Source: a virus (Duplodnaviria; Caudoviricetes). From it: 36,425 nucleotides of DNA. Below, in pieces: positions 17,043 to 24,739 of this stretch. The notes beneath the pieces are model-generated. The model searched no databases and was not told where the DNA came from. It was given only the letters and a program-made list of their open reading frames with translations. Within the stretch, counting starts at the first letter, position 1; each line of letters starts with the position of its first letter. The translations under genes were made by a program, and so were the position numbers. The stretch covers positions 1 through 36,425 of IMG/VR virus record IMGVR_UViG_3300044580_000030; one strand, 5' to 3'.

Positions 17043-18935
17043 TTATTTGAACAAAACGTTTAATTTCTTGTCTTCTGTGACTTTCAGTAATATTAACTGA
17101 TAGTTCACGTTTGGCAAATTCCAGTCGTTAACGCTCTCGGCGTTATCAACAAACACAGGCACTTGCACATTGTACAGTTTCGAAAGAAGGTCAATCATCT
17201 TAATGCCGAACACTATCCGATGCCCGTTATTAACCGACTGGATAGGTACACCGTGATAGTAGATGTCGCACGTTGCTTCGATGTTGCCGTTCAGAAGCTT
17301 CCGAAACATGCGAATCTCAAAGCCCTCACCGGCGATGTTGGCATTAACCGCTTGCTCCAATTCTTTCGAATATGCTTCTTCATAATCATCGAGCCGTATA
17401 AGCATTTGTTCTACATTCAGAAGTTGTTGGCTGTCTGCCTTCCAACTGGCTTCCAACTGCTGTATGTTTGCCCGCAGCTGCTCTGCTTGCTTTTCGGCCG
17501 ATATAATTTCTCGCAATTGTAAGCGTTCCTCATACAAGGCTTTGCGCTTACCCTCCAAACTTGCAACCTCATTGTCTGCCTCAACGTTCGGCAATACAAA
17601 TTCCTCGAGCTGCTTATTCAACTCGGAAAGTCTTGCCATTTCTGCCGTAACGTCAGCTTCTGCTACTGCCTGAACGTTTAGCTGCTCAAGTTCTTTCTCG
17701 AGTTGCGTTATTTTGGCCTCTAACTGCTGATTTTCGGCGGTCAATCTTTCGATTGATGCCTTTGTGCTCTTTCCTGACTGTTCTATTTCGGCAATCCGCA
17801 TCCTTTTTTCCTCGTTAAACTTTGCTTTTGCCTTGTCGGCAATTTCCAGCGCTTTATTATCAGGCAGTCTCTGCCCGCAATTAAAGCAAATGAATAAGTT
17901 GTCAGCAGGCACAAACGATTTTGTCGTCTCTTCTGCCCATTGCTGCCTAAGTTCGGCCAATTTTTTGTTTAGATTGTCGATTTTTTGGGTATTTTCAGCG
18001 ATTATTTGCCGAAAATTGTCAATTTCTCGCCTTATAGACGACTTTCTGGTGTCTATAGCCGACCTTTTTGCCTCAATTTCATATTTTTTGGCCTTTATAT
18101 CGGCATCTATTTGGCTTATTCTGGCCTTTATCTTGTTTTTTTCGGCCAGTGCAGCTTCGTATTGTCTCATTTTTTCCCGGCTCCTTGCTTCTGCTGCCTT
18201 TATTTGGCTCGATAAGGCCTCGAGCAATCCATCTATTTCGTAAATTTTCTGCTTGGCGTCATTCACACCCGATAAGTCAGGCATCTGAGACTTCAATGTT
18301 TCAATTCTTACCGGATATTTGTCAACCTCGTCCTTTATCGCATTGCGCTGGTTTCGCAATGATTGACGTAGTTCTGAAATTGAATATTTCTGTAGCTTTT
18401 CGGCAAGCTCCTGGAAGGCCTGCAAAACGTTGCTCCTAATGCCTTGCTCATCTACGAGCTCAGAGAGAAGCTTCCGACGCTCTGCCCAGTGCAGGTCCTG
18501 GAAGGCGAACACGTCAGAGAGAATTCTAAATTTGCTTTCGTCTATAATTGACGAAACAAATTCATTATACTTCGTTGCCGAAACGTCAATATCGTCTATT
18601 TGATATTGAGTTTCATGGCCTGTCAATTCAGATTGTCCAGCCCCTCGCTTTTTGTTCCATTTCTCATGGAGTGAACGACGGAGCTTAAAACTATCAAATT
18701 CAGCCTCAACCGAAACCTCTATGTTGGTTTCAGGTTGGCCGTTTTCATTGTAGGGCTTAATTGGGAAATCAGAGCGACCCTCTGAATTTTTCCCAAACAA
18801 AAGCCACAGGTAAGCGTCATAGATAGTGCTTTTGCCTGTGGCATTTGCGCCGGAAATGATTGTAGTTCCGGCAAAACTAACTTCAAGGCTGCGAAGGCCT
18901 TTGAAGTTTGAAATTTTCAATTTTTTTAATTTCAT
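17043..18935 (-). CDS. SMC/Rad50-like AAA ATPase
   Basis: ISNFKG, GANATGKS, long coiled coil with CFNCG hook, VPVFVDNAES. Confidence 0.88.
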   Translation of the reverse strand: MKLKKLKISNFKGLRSLEVSFAGTTIISGANATGKSTIYDAYLWLLFGKNSEGRSDFPIKPYNENGQPETNIEVSVEAEFDSFKLRRSLHEKWNKKRGAGQSELTGHETQYQIDDIDVSATKYNEFVSSIIDESKFRILSDVFAFQDLHWAERRKLLSELVDEQGIRSNVLQAFQELAEKLQKYSISELRQSLRNQRNAIKDEVDKYPVRIETLKSQMPDLSGVNDAKQKIYEIDGLLEALSSQIKAAEARSREKMRQYEAALAEKNKIKARISQIDADIKAKKYEIEAKRSAIDTRKSSIRREIDNFRQIIAENTQKIDNLNKKLAELRQQWAEETTKSFVPADNLFICFNCGQRLPDNKALEIADKAKAKFNEEKRMRIAEIEQSGKSTKASIERLTAENQQLEAKITQLEKELEQLNVQAVAEADVTAEMARLSELNKQLEEFVLPNVEADNEVASLEGKRKALYEERLQLREIISAEKQAEQLRANIQQLEASWKADSQQLLNVEQMLIRLDDYEEAYSKELEQAVNANIAGEGFEIRMFRKLLNGNIEATCDIYYHGVPIQSVNNGHRIVFGIKMIDLLSKLYNVQVPVFVDNAESVNDWNLPNVNYQLILLKVTEDKKLNVLFK

Positions 18936-18976
18936 GGCTGTTTACTATTTTCCGAGTATTGCATCGATACCCGGTA

Positions 18977-19531
18977 TTATTCGTCAATGGCCGGTGCCGC
19001 CTTTCTTGCTGGATAAAGTGGATAAAGGAAATAAAGATTAGAATAAAGATCGCCTTTATATTCTCTAAACAGATGTCGGTTCAGGATAATAAGGTTACCG
19101 TTATGCGTAATGACAACTCGACTGCTACCTATTAACCTTTGTAAGTATAATAGATAGCTTTGGTTGCCCAATTGAGTAACATCTATTTCCTTGGCGAACA
19201 TGTAAGTATCGCTAAACCTGCTATTGCCATAACCGGCGATAATGCCATTATGGACTATTGCAGTGTTTTTGTTTATTCTTATCGGATGGGTATTGTCGAA
19301 ATCAATCCGGCCGTGTGTGGCAACACGGAAGTGCAGGACAATCGTACCGTCAAATTCTTTTCTCAGGTTATAGTATCGCTCTATAACCTTTTCATTTATA
19401 ACATTTTTGAATATATGCAGTCGATTGTCTGCATGCCACATCATACCTGCACCATGTGGATTGCAGCCAGAAGCGAGGGTTAATAATTCCTCGCTAATCG
19501 TTTTATTTTTATTCACAATGATCACACACAT
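18977..19531 (-). CDS. Class II (Ntn) glutamine amidotransferase
   Basis: N-terminal Cys (MC), NPHGAG, HFRVATHG, NTHP, VHNG, SDT. Confidence 0.88.
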   Translation of the reverse strand: MCVIIVNKNKTISEELLTLASGCNPHGAGMMWHADNRLHIFKNVINEKVIERYYNLRKEFDGTIVLHFRVATHGRIDFDNTHPIRINKNTAIVHNGIIAGYGNSRFSDTYMFAKEIDVTQLGNQSYLLYLQRLIGSSRVVITHNGNLIILNRHLFREYKGDLYSNLYFLYPLYPARKAAPAIDE

Positions 19532-20498
19532 AATTTATAATTTTTTTGATTGTTTCAATGTTTCTCAGGTCTGGACTTAGTCCAATATGGAGGGTGTCTC
19601 GCTCTGTCCTTCTATACCTAAAAGACGAATCAACATGAGTTGCACCGATTACATCGGCCAATTCTTGGAGTTGTGGACAATATATGAGGTTATTACCCCT
19701 ATTCCCGTTGAGCCCAAAAATAATAATATCAATGGGTAAACCTTTCTCCGGGATATACGAGAAGTCTCTAACTTCTCTTTCAAAATCATCCCGGAAGGTT
19801 ACCTTTTTTATAAGGTTTATTTTTTTGCCACCCCACGCCGGGTTAATTGCAAGATACCTGTCAGTTCGCAATTTGGTTACAAGCTCAATTAAACGGTTAT
19901 AATCACGTTTGTTGAGCAAATGCTTGTAGCTCTCATACGTAGGAGCTACAGGGTCGCCTGAAGCATCTAACCCATAGCATATAACACTCTTAGCTACCTT
20001 ATACGATAGTTTGAGGGTTAATTTTGCCAGCTCCGGGCAAGCCAACCAGCCGGCAGGCAGGGAACGATATTCGAAACCGTAAGATTTTGTTTCGTAATTG
20101 CCTCGCCTAGCATAGCAACCCCTTGCTCGCCCTTCGAGGGGTTGTAGCAATGGTAACACAAAGCTATCCATTGCCCTTACTATTGGCAGGATCATCGATT
20201 CCTCAATCCCACCGAAATGAATATGTCCGCCAAGGGCGAATGTATCACCCTTAACGGACATGACAATATTTTGCTCGTCCGCCTTACGAATAAGGTAGGA
20301 CAGGCTAAGATATAATTGACCCCAGCTCCCCGGTCGAGGACGCAATTCGCCGGTGGAACTGCACCCATCAAGACCAATGGGGGCAACCCTTTCTGGGTCG
20401 GTTATGTAATTATATGCCTCGACCACACACATATCTATTGGGTCGAGGATATCAAACTCTGGGTCAGCTCCCAGAGTTATTTTTATTTCTTTTTTCAT
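19509..20498 (-). CDS. phiEco32-like COOH-NH2 ligase (type 2 amidoligase)
   Basis: LGADPEF, GLDG, ELRP, GGHIHFG, YGFEYRSL; coupled to the GATase. Confidence 0.82.
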   Translation of the reverse strand: MKKEIKITLGADPEFDILDPIDMCVVEAYNYITDPERVAPIGLDGCSSTGELRPRPGSWGQLYLSLSYLIRKADEQNIVMSVKGDTFALGGHIHFGGIEESMILPIVRAMDSFVLPLLQPLEGRARGCYARRGNYETKSYGFEYRSLPAGWLACPELAKLTLKLSYKVAKSVICYGLDASGDPVAPTYESYKHLLNKRDYNRLIELVTKLRTDRYLAINPAWGGKKINLIKKVTFRDDFEREVRDFSYIPEKGLPIDIIIFGLNGNRGNNLIYCPQLQELADVIGATHVDSSFRYRRTERDTLHIGLSPDLRNIETIKKIINYVCDHCE

Positions 20499-20511
20499 TT
20501 TTTAATTTTTT

Positions 20512-20542
20512 AAAAACCTCGGCCGTTTTTAAGCGACCGAGG
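20512..20542 (-). terminator. Intrinsic terminator upstream of the amidoligase
   Basis: CCTCGGTCG-CTTAAAAA-CGGCCGAGG-TTTTT on the minus strand. Confidence 0.7.
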
Positions 20543-20880
20543 ATGCTTCCGCTTTCCCATCAGCGGTAAGGGGCGGTTAATCCTGCTTGTCCGCCAACAG
20601 GGGCTATGTCGCGATGACCGGCGCCCAACCGCCGCTGACAGCTCACCCTTTCGGGCTTCTTTGTGTTTTTACGCCTCCATCCCTGCGGCGACTTCGGCAA
20701 CTTACCTCCTTCCTCTCATGGTTCCATGCAGTTACTGTGCTTCGCTGCATGAGGCCGGGTAAGCGGCCACACTCTTAACCCTTGTTTTAGTGGATTGTTT
20801 TTTTCCTTGTCCACTCATTGACTACATGTATGTAGTCATGGTGGACTTTTTCGCCGGCGTTGTAGGTGCCGCCGAAAACA
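20512..20880 (-). ncRNA. Putative structured non-coding RNA / leader
   Basis: GC-rich gap with no credible ORF, several stem-loops including a GAAA tetraloop, ending in a terminator. Confidence 0.55.
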
Positions 20881-21198
20881 TTAACCGAAGATATCATCTA
20901 TTGGATATTTCATTATTTCGTACAAATATTCCAGGAATTCATTATAATCTATATAATTATCGTCATCTGCCATGCCATGAATAGTCACGACATGGACAAG
21001 ACTTCTGAGGTATTCGTTTTTTCTTAAATATCTCACTTCAAACTTTTGTTTTTCTTTATCATAATATATTTTCGCCACAACAGGATAATCACTATTATGA
21101 GTATTTACATAATTTAATAATCCTTCAAGCTCATCCTCATTGAACAATGTTTCAATGTCATTTTCAAATTGTGTTAATAATTCTTCTTTTGTTTTCAT
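20881..21198 (-). CDS. Small acidic protein, first early gene
   Basis: 105 aa, about 23 D/E versus 11 K/R by hand count; directly after the early promoter. Confidence 0.7.
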   Translation of the reverse strand: MKTKEELLTQFENDIETLFNEDELEGLLNYVNTHNSDYPVVAKIYYDKEKQKFEVRYLRKNEYLRSLVHVVTIHGMADDDNYIDYNEFLEYLYEIMKYPIDDIFG

Positions 21199-21239
21199 TG
21201 CTTTTTATTTTTTGGTTTAACATTAAATTAATTACAGTG

Positions 21240-21272
21240 TAAATATAATAACATTTTGACCCGATTTGCAAA
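21240..21272 (-). promoter_or_regulatory. Early promoter TTTG-N21-TATATTTA (Bacteroidota -33/-7)
   Basis: -33 TTTG at 21272-21269, 21-nt spacer, -7 variant at 21247-21240. Confidence 0.6.
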
Positions 21273-21576
21273 TTTTTGCCAATTTATTTTTTGGATTTTA
21301 ACATTTTTTAACATTTCAATTTTAGAAACAACATCGCAAAATCAAAAAATCGATTTTAAGGGCCAAAATTTAAACGAAAGCGAAACGATGTATTATTTTA
21401 TTGGCCTAATATATATCGTCGAAATTTAGCCTATAAGACAACGAATTTTAGGCATGTTTAACGATTACTTATTAGCGCTGATTTTTTCAATTTTCAATTT
21501 TCTTCTTTCTTTCTTTTATTTTAATTTTCTTTCTTTCTTCTTTAATTTATCTTTCTTCTTAATATATATATTCTAG

Positions 21577-21611
21577 TAATATAATATAATATAATATAAT
21601 ATAATATAATA
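21577..21611. repeat. (TAATA)7 tandem repeat flanked by CTAG-containing inverted repeats
   Basis: atattctag-(taata)7-ctaggatat. Confidence 0.9.
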
Positions 21612-21672
21612 CTAGGATATTAGTCATATCGCTGCACTATTTCGTATTTTTTCGAAATGAAACAATACTGAT

Positions 21673-21685
21673 TATCAGGCGGTTA
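21673..21685 (+). promoter_or_regulatory. IHF-consensus site (TATCAG-GCGG-TTA)
   Basis: Matches WATCARN4TTR; a second match AATCAA-ATCA-TTA lies on the minus strand at 21759-21771. Confidence 0.4.
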
Positions 21686-22084
21686 TGCAAATGCTATGCA
21701 ATTGCACTGCAATTGTAATGCAATTGCTAAAGGCAATTTTTCGAATTTTGATTTTGCTTAATGATTTGATTTTCAAAGAATTATAATTTATCCTGGCGGG
21801 CGAAAAATGCAATTGAATAGCAAATGAAAAGCAAAAGCAATGCAATTGCATAGCAAAAGCACTACAATTGAAATAGAATTGCAATGCAATCGGTAAAGCA
21901 ATTGCAGCACGAATTATCCGATTGAATTATTTAATTGGGAAAATTACGCAGGGCAATGATGTGAATTGTAAACGAAGAAATTATAACTACTTGTTGCAAT
22001 GCAGAAGCAAAGCAATTGAAATGCAAATGCTATACAATTGTAATGCAATTGCACAACAAAAGCAAAGCAAATGTTATGCAGCTG
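21683..22084. repeat. Three blocks of 11-bp iteron-like repeats (consensus ~CAATGCAATTG); probable replication origin
   Basis: 4 units at 21683-21726, 9 at 21805-21904, 8 at 21997-22084, in 11-bp phase, next to an AT-rich tract. Confidence 0.8.
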
Positions 22085-22089
22085 GAAAC

Positions 22090-22115
22090 AAAAAAGCCGA
22101 ACCTTTCAGCTCGGC
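22090..22115 (-). terminator. Intrinsic terminator ending the late/lysis transcript
   Basis: GCCGAGCT-GAAA-GGTTCGGC-TTTTTT, 6 nt after the endolysin stop. Confidence 0.88.
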
Positions 22116-22121
22116 GGAAAA

Positions 22122-22562
22122 CTATACTTTTAAATTGTTATATCCGTACAACTCGGGCAGCTCGACAATATTCACGTGGCTCGAAGGGTCAGGGATAGAC
22201 GTCCTCGCTTCGATATGCAGGTGTACACCATTGCTCTTGCCGGTATTGCCCATTATACCGATTATTTGCCCAGCCTGCAAGGTTCTTGGCAGGTTAGTTG
22301 ATATCTTCTCAAGGTGCGCATAAACGATGTAAGGATATTTCTCACGTAATTCTTTGTCGGTTGGTCTTACCCATACACGAAACCCGAAACTATCGCTCCA
22401 ACCAGCCGTATACACTTCGCAATCGCAAATTGCACGTACATAACAAGGATGCTTCTTGCTCCCAATGTCGTATCCTCCGTGTATACCCGACTGCGTTGGA
22501 CGCTTCTCGAAATAATCCGATGTGATATAGCCATTGAGAACGGGTTTGATTATTTTTTCCAT
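22122..22562 (-). CDS. M23 family peptidase (endolysin)
   Basis: HGGYD (HxxxD), YAHL, GNTGKSNGVHLHIE (HxH). Confidence 0.88.
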   Translation of the reverse strand: MEKIIKPVLNGYITSDYFEKRPTQSGIHGGYDIGSKKHPCYVRAICDCEVYTAGWSDSFGFRVWVRPTDKELREKYPYIVYAHLEKISTNLPRTLQAGQIIGIMGNTGKSNGVHLHIEARTSIPDPSSHVNIVELPELYGYNNLKV

Positions 22563-22592
22563 AGTTATTTATCTTTTGTTATTTATCTTTTG

Positions 22593-22841
22593 TTATTTAT
22601 CTTTTGTGGCTTCAAAATAACCAAGAAGTTTATTTAGGTTGGCGTTTATTCCCTTTAATTCCTGCTCTAATCGTGCGAAGGTTGTCTCGTTCAAACTTTC
22701 ATGGAGTTTGAAATCCCTGTCCAGCCGCTCAAGCTCGTTTTCGATTACCGATATTCTGCTACCTTGCTTCACGACTATTGTTATTACCGTAATCAATAGC
22801 GCCGCTGCTCCAATTATCACTTCCAATCCTTGCCAATCCAT
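22593..22841 (-). CDS. Single-TM coiled-coil membrane protein (holin/antiholin-like)
   Basis: N-terminal TM (VIIGAAALLITVITIVV) followed by heptads; in the lysis cassette. Confidence 0.55.
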   Translation of the reverse strand: MDWQGLEVIIGAAALLITVITIVVKQGSRISVIENELERLDRDFKLHESLNETTFARLEQELKGINANLNKLLGYFEATKDK

Positions 22842-22845
22842 AACT

Positions 22846-23313
22846 CTATCGCTTTATTGCAACAAACAACAGCGCCAACGCAATTACACCGATAATAATC
22901 AATGTAACGTATAACCACGTTGGCACAACTTTCTTTTCTATGATTACAGGTTTGGTTTCTGTTTTGGTCAATATTTTAGTGATTGTCTTGTCCTTGTAAA
23001 TTGTCCTTATCCTTACTGCTGGCAATGTGTCAATTACCTTCAGCAAGCTGTCCTTTTGCTTCAGGATAACGTTCAAATTGCTATCACAATGGAAAAATGC
23101 TGCCAATGTATACATGTCCGTGAAAGGAAAATAAAGGGTATCGACAATCTTAACCGTATCATGCACGGTTACCGTCGAATCGGTTGCATAAGAGGGCTGC
23201 GATTGGCGCAACCCCCTGCAACCTGCCAAACCTAAAACCAAAGCCATGAAACCAAAAACAAATATCTTACTTATTAACCTTAACCTTGCCGAACGTGCCA
23301 TTTTCGTTTTCAA
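22846..23313 (-). CDS. Putative unimolecular spanin
   Basis: Lipobox LAGC after a hydrophobic signal, beta-rich middle, C-terminal TM helix. Confidence 0.65.
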   Translation of the reverse strand: MKTKMARSARLRLISKIFVFGFMALVLGLAGCRGLRQSQPSYATDSTVTVHDTVKIVDTLYFPFTDMYTLAAFFHCDSNLNVILKQKDSLLKVIDTLPAVRIRTIYKDKTITKILTKTETKPVIIEKKVVPTWLYVTLIIIGVIALALLFVAIKR

Positions 23314-23503
23314 TAAGATTTTTTGACAAATAAGCCAGTAGTGCCGATAATGAAATAGTACCTACGACTTTCCAGTCGATATCTCCTGCGCTAAGTTGCT
23401 GTTGCAGAACTGCAATGCCTGCAGCTAAGGCGCTAACTACTGCGCTTTTGATAATGTCCAGCAAACCAAGTTTCCCGAACTGTGAACGTTGTAATTTTGC
23501 CAT
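23267..23503 (-). CDS. Putative holin (two TM segments)
   Basis: 78 aa with two hydrophobic helices and a charged tail. Confidence 0.65.
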   Translation of the reverse strand: MAKLQRSQFGKLGLLDIIKSAVVSALAAGIAVLQQQLSAGDIDWKVVGTISLSALLAYLSKNLIENENGTFGKVKVNK

Positions 23504-23527
23504 ATTTTTACAATTTTAAAGGTTAAT

Positions 23528-23665
23528 TTAATCATCGTATCCATAACAATTACAATAAACTTCGCCACTTCCACCACACCGCTGACAAACAAGATGTTCA
23601 TCGGCCAGCGGGAACTCCATGTACCTAATAACTGCTCCTTTCCCGTTACATGCCTCGCACTTCAT
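23528..23665 (-). CDS. 45-aa DnaJ-type zinc-finger mini-protein
   Basis: Read manually: MKCEACNGKG...CQRCGGSG (two CxxCxGxG); ATGA-coupled; not in the ORF track. Confidence 0.7.
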   Translation of the reverse strand: MKCEACNGKGAVIRYMEFPLADEHLVCQRCGGSGEVYCNCYGYDD

Positions 23666-24195
23666 TGTTTTATCTTTAATTTATACGTCTCAAAATTACA
23701 AAAATCCTCCGCAATAATATCTGGCGAAACGCTCCACCACTGCTCGTAATCTTTCATATCGAAAGCATACCGAAAGATATAAGCATTGGCCTTGCTACAA
23801 AAAACGTCCTTATCCACTTCTTTATCACCAATCCATTTTTTCCTGTTCTTTATATGCCACCACAATTCGGCCAATAACCCTTCAAATTCGTATTTTGCAC
23901 CTTGCATGTACATAATGCAGGCATATAGGTCCTGGCGGTTGAAGTTGACTTTCGGACGCTTAACAATGACTTCTTTCGTATTTTTTAGGCTATAGTCCAG
24001 TTTGTGGGGTACATAACCCTTAGGGACGGCCTCATGTACAATAACCGAATTTTTCCCGATGTAGCTTACGATAGACGTATGGCTGTATTTACTGCTCGTA
24101 ACTATGCGGATAAGAGCAGCGATAAGCCCTTTCTTGCGATAGCATAACGTATCGCCTACCTTTAATTGGTCGATTGTAATTTCATCGATATTCAT
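23662..24195 (-). CDS. Permuted papain-like NlpC/P60 enzyme (YiiX/YaeF-like)
   Basis: GDTLCY, YSHTSI (His), GAKYEF, VFCS (Cys), VSP. Confidence 0.78.
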   Translation of the reverse strand: MNIDEITIDQLKVGDTLCYRKKGLIAALIRIVTSSKYSHTSIVSYIGKNSVIVHEAVPKGYVPHKLDYSLKNTKEVIVKRPKVNFNRQDLYACIMYMQGAKYEFEGLLAELWWHIKNRKKWIGDKEVDKDVFCSKANAYIFRYAFDMKDYEQWWSVSPDIIAEDFCNFETYKLKIKQ

Positions 24196-24302
24196 GCGTT
24201 TAATAATTTAAACAACAAAAACAAAATAACCACTGTAAATATATATGCAATTAACAGAAAAACGATGAAATAATATATATTTTTTCGCTTCTCATTCTGC
24301 AA
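24192..24302 (-). CDS. Possible 36-aa single-TM peptide (TTG start)
   Basis: MQNEKRKNIYYFIVFLLIAYIFTVVILFLLFKLLNA; its stop overlaps the next ATG. Confidence 0.45.
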   Translation of the reverse strand: MQNEKRKNIYYFIVFLLIAYIFTVVILFLLFKLLNA

Positions 24303-24729
24303 TATTGGATAAACTTACATTATAATGCCTTGCCAGTTGCTCTTTAACCAACGGAGCAATGCCGATGTCGCCAAGTCCTAACCCAACGAACGGCATTCCG
24401 TCAAATTCAAGAAAGAAATCTTTGAGCTTATTCGTTTCCGACCAACGCCCTCGCCTTGCCTCTTTATTGAAATATTCCGAAAACCAAATAATCGTCCGAT
24501 GTGGCTGTGTAATTAGCTGCCCTGCGCTATCCGCACGAAATTCCTGATACTTCACCGTCGCTTGCGTGATGCAAACGGCGAATGTGTCGACTTGAACACC
24601 TTTAATCGTTGTATCCTTAACTATCCAATACCACTTATTTGGGTTGTCAGGCGTCGGACGCCAACCGCCCTGTGCAATTGCATAAGCATTTAAAGCAATG
24701 CTTAAGATAATAGTTACTAATGTTTTCAT
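24292..24729 (-). CDS. Hypothetical protein with a Sec signal peptide (start likely 24729)
   Basis: MKTLVTIILSIALNAYAIA-Q. Confidence 0.6.
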   Translation of the reverse strand: MKTLVTIILSIALNAYAIAQGGWRPTPDNPNKWYWIVKDTTIKGVQVDTFAVCITQATVKYQEFRADSAGQLITQPHRTIIWFSEYFNKEARRGRWSETNKLKDFFLEFDGMPFVGLGLGDIGIAPLVKEQLARHYNVSLSNIAE

Positions 24730-24739
24730 AATCAATAAT

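Noticed and set aside
20600-20780. Lysine or other known riboswitch
   Set aside because: Fragments (AGAG, GCCGAA, CTGTC) are reminiscent, but I could not close a P1 stem or place the loop-E motif; needs an Rfam search
20587-20984. Plus-strand ORFs across the structured intergenic region
   Set aside because: Non-ATG starts, opposite to genome polarity and no protein-like features; hairpins explain the region better
21683-22084. CRISPR or guide array for the Csf module
   Set aside because: Units are contiguous degenerate 11-mers with no repeat-spacer alternation; iterons fit better
21675-22323. ORFs 21675..21884(-), 21922..22323(+), 22016..22198(+)
   Set aside because: Translations of the iteron repeats or antisense to the endolysin; low complexity and no supporting context
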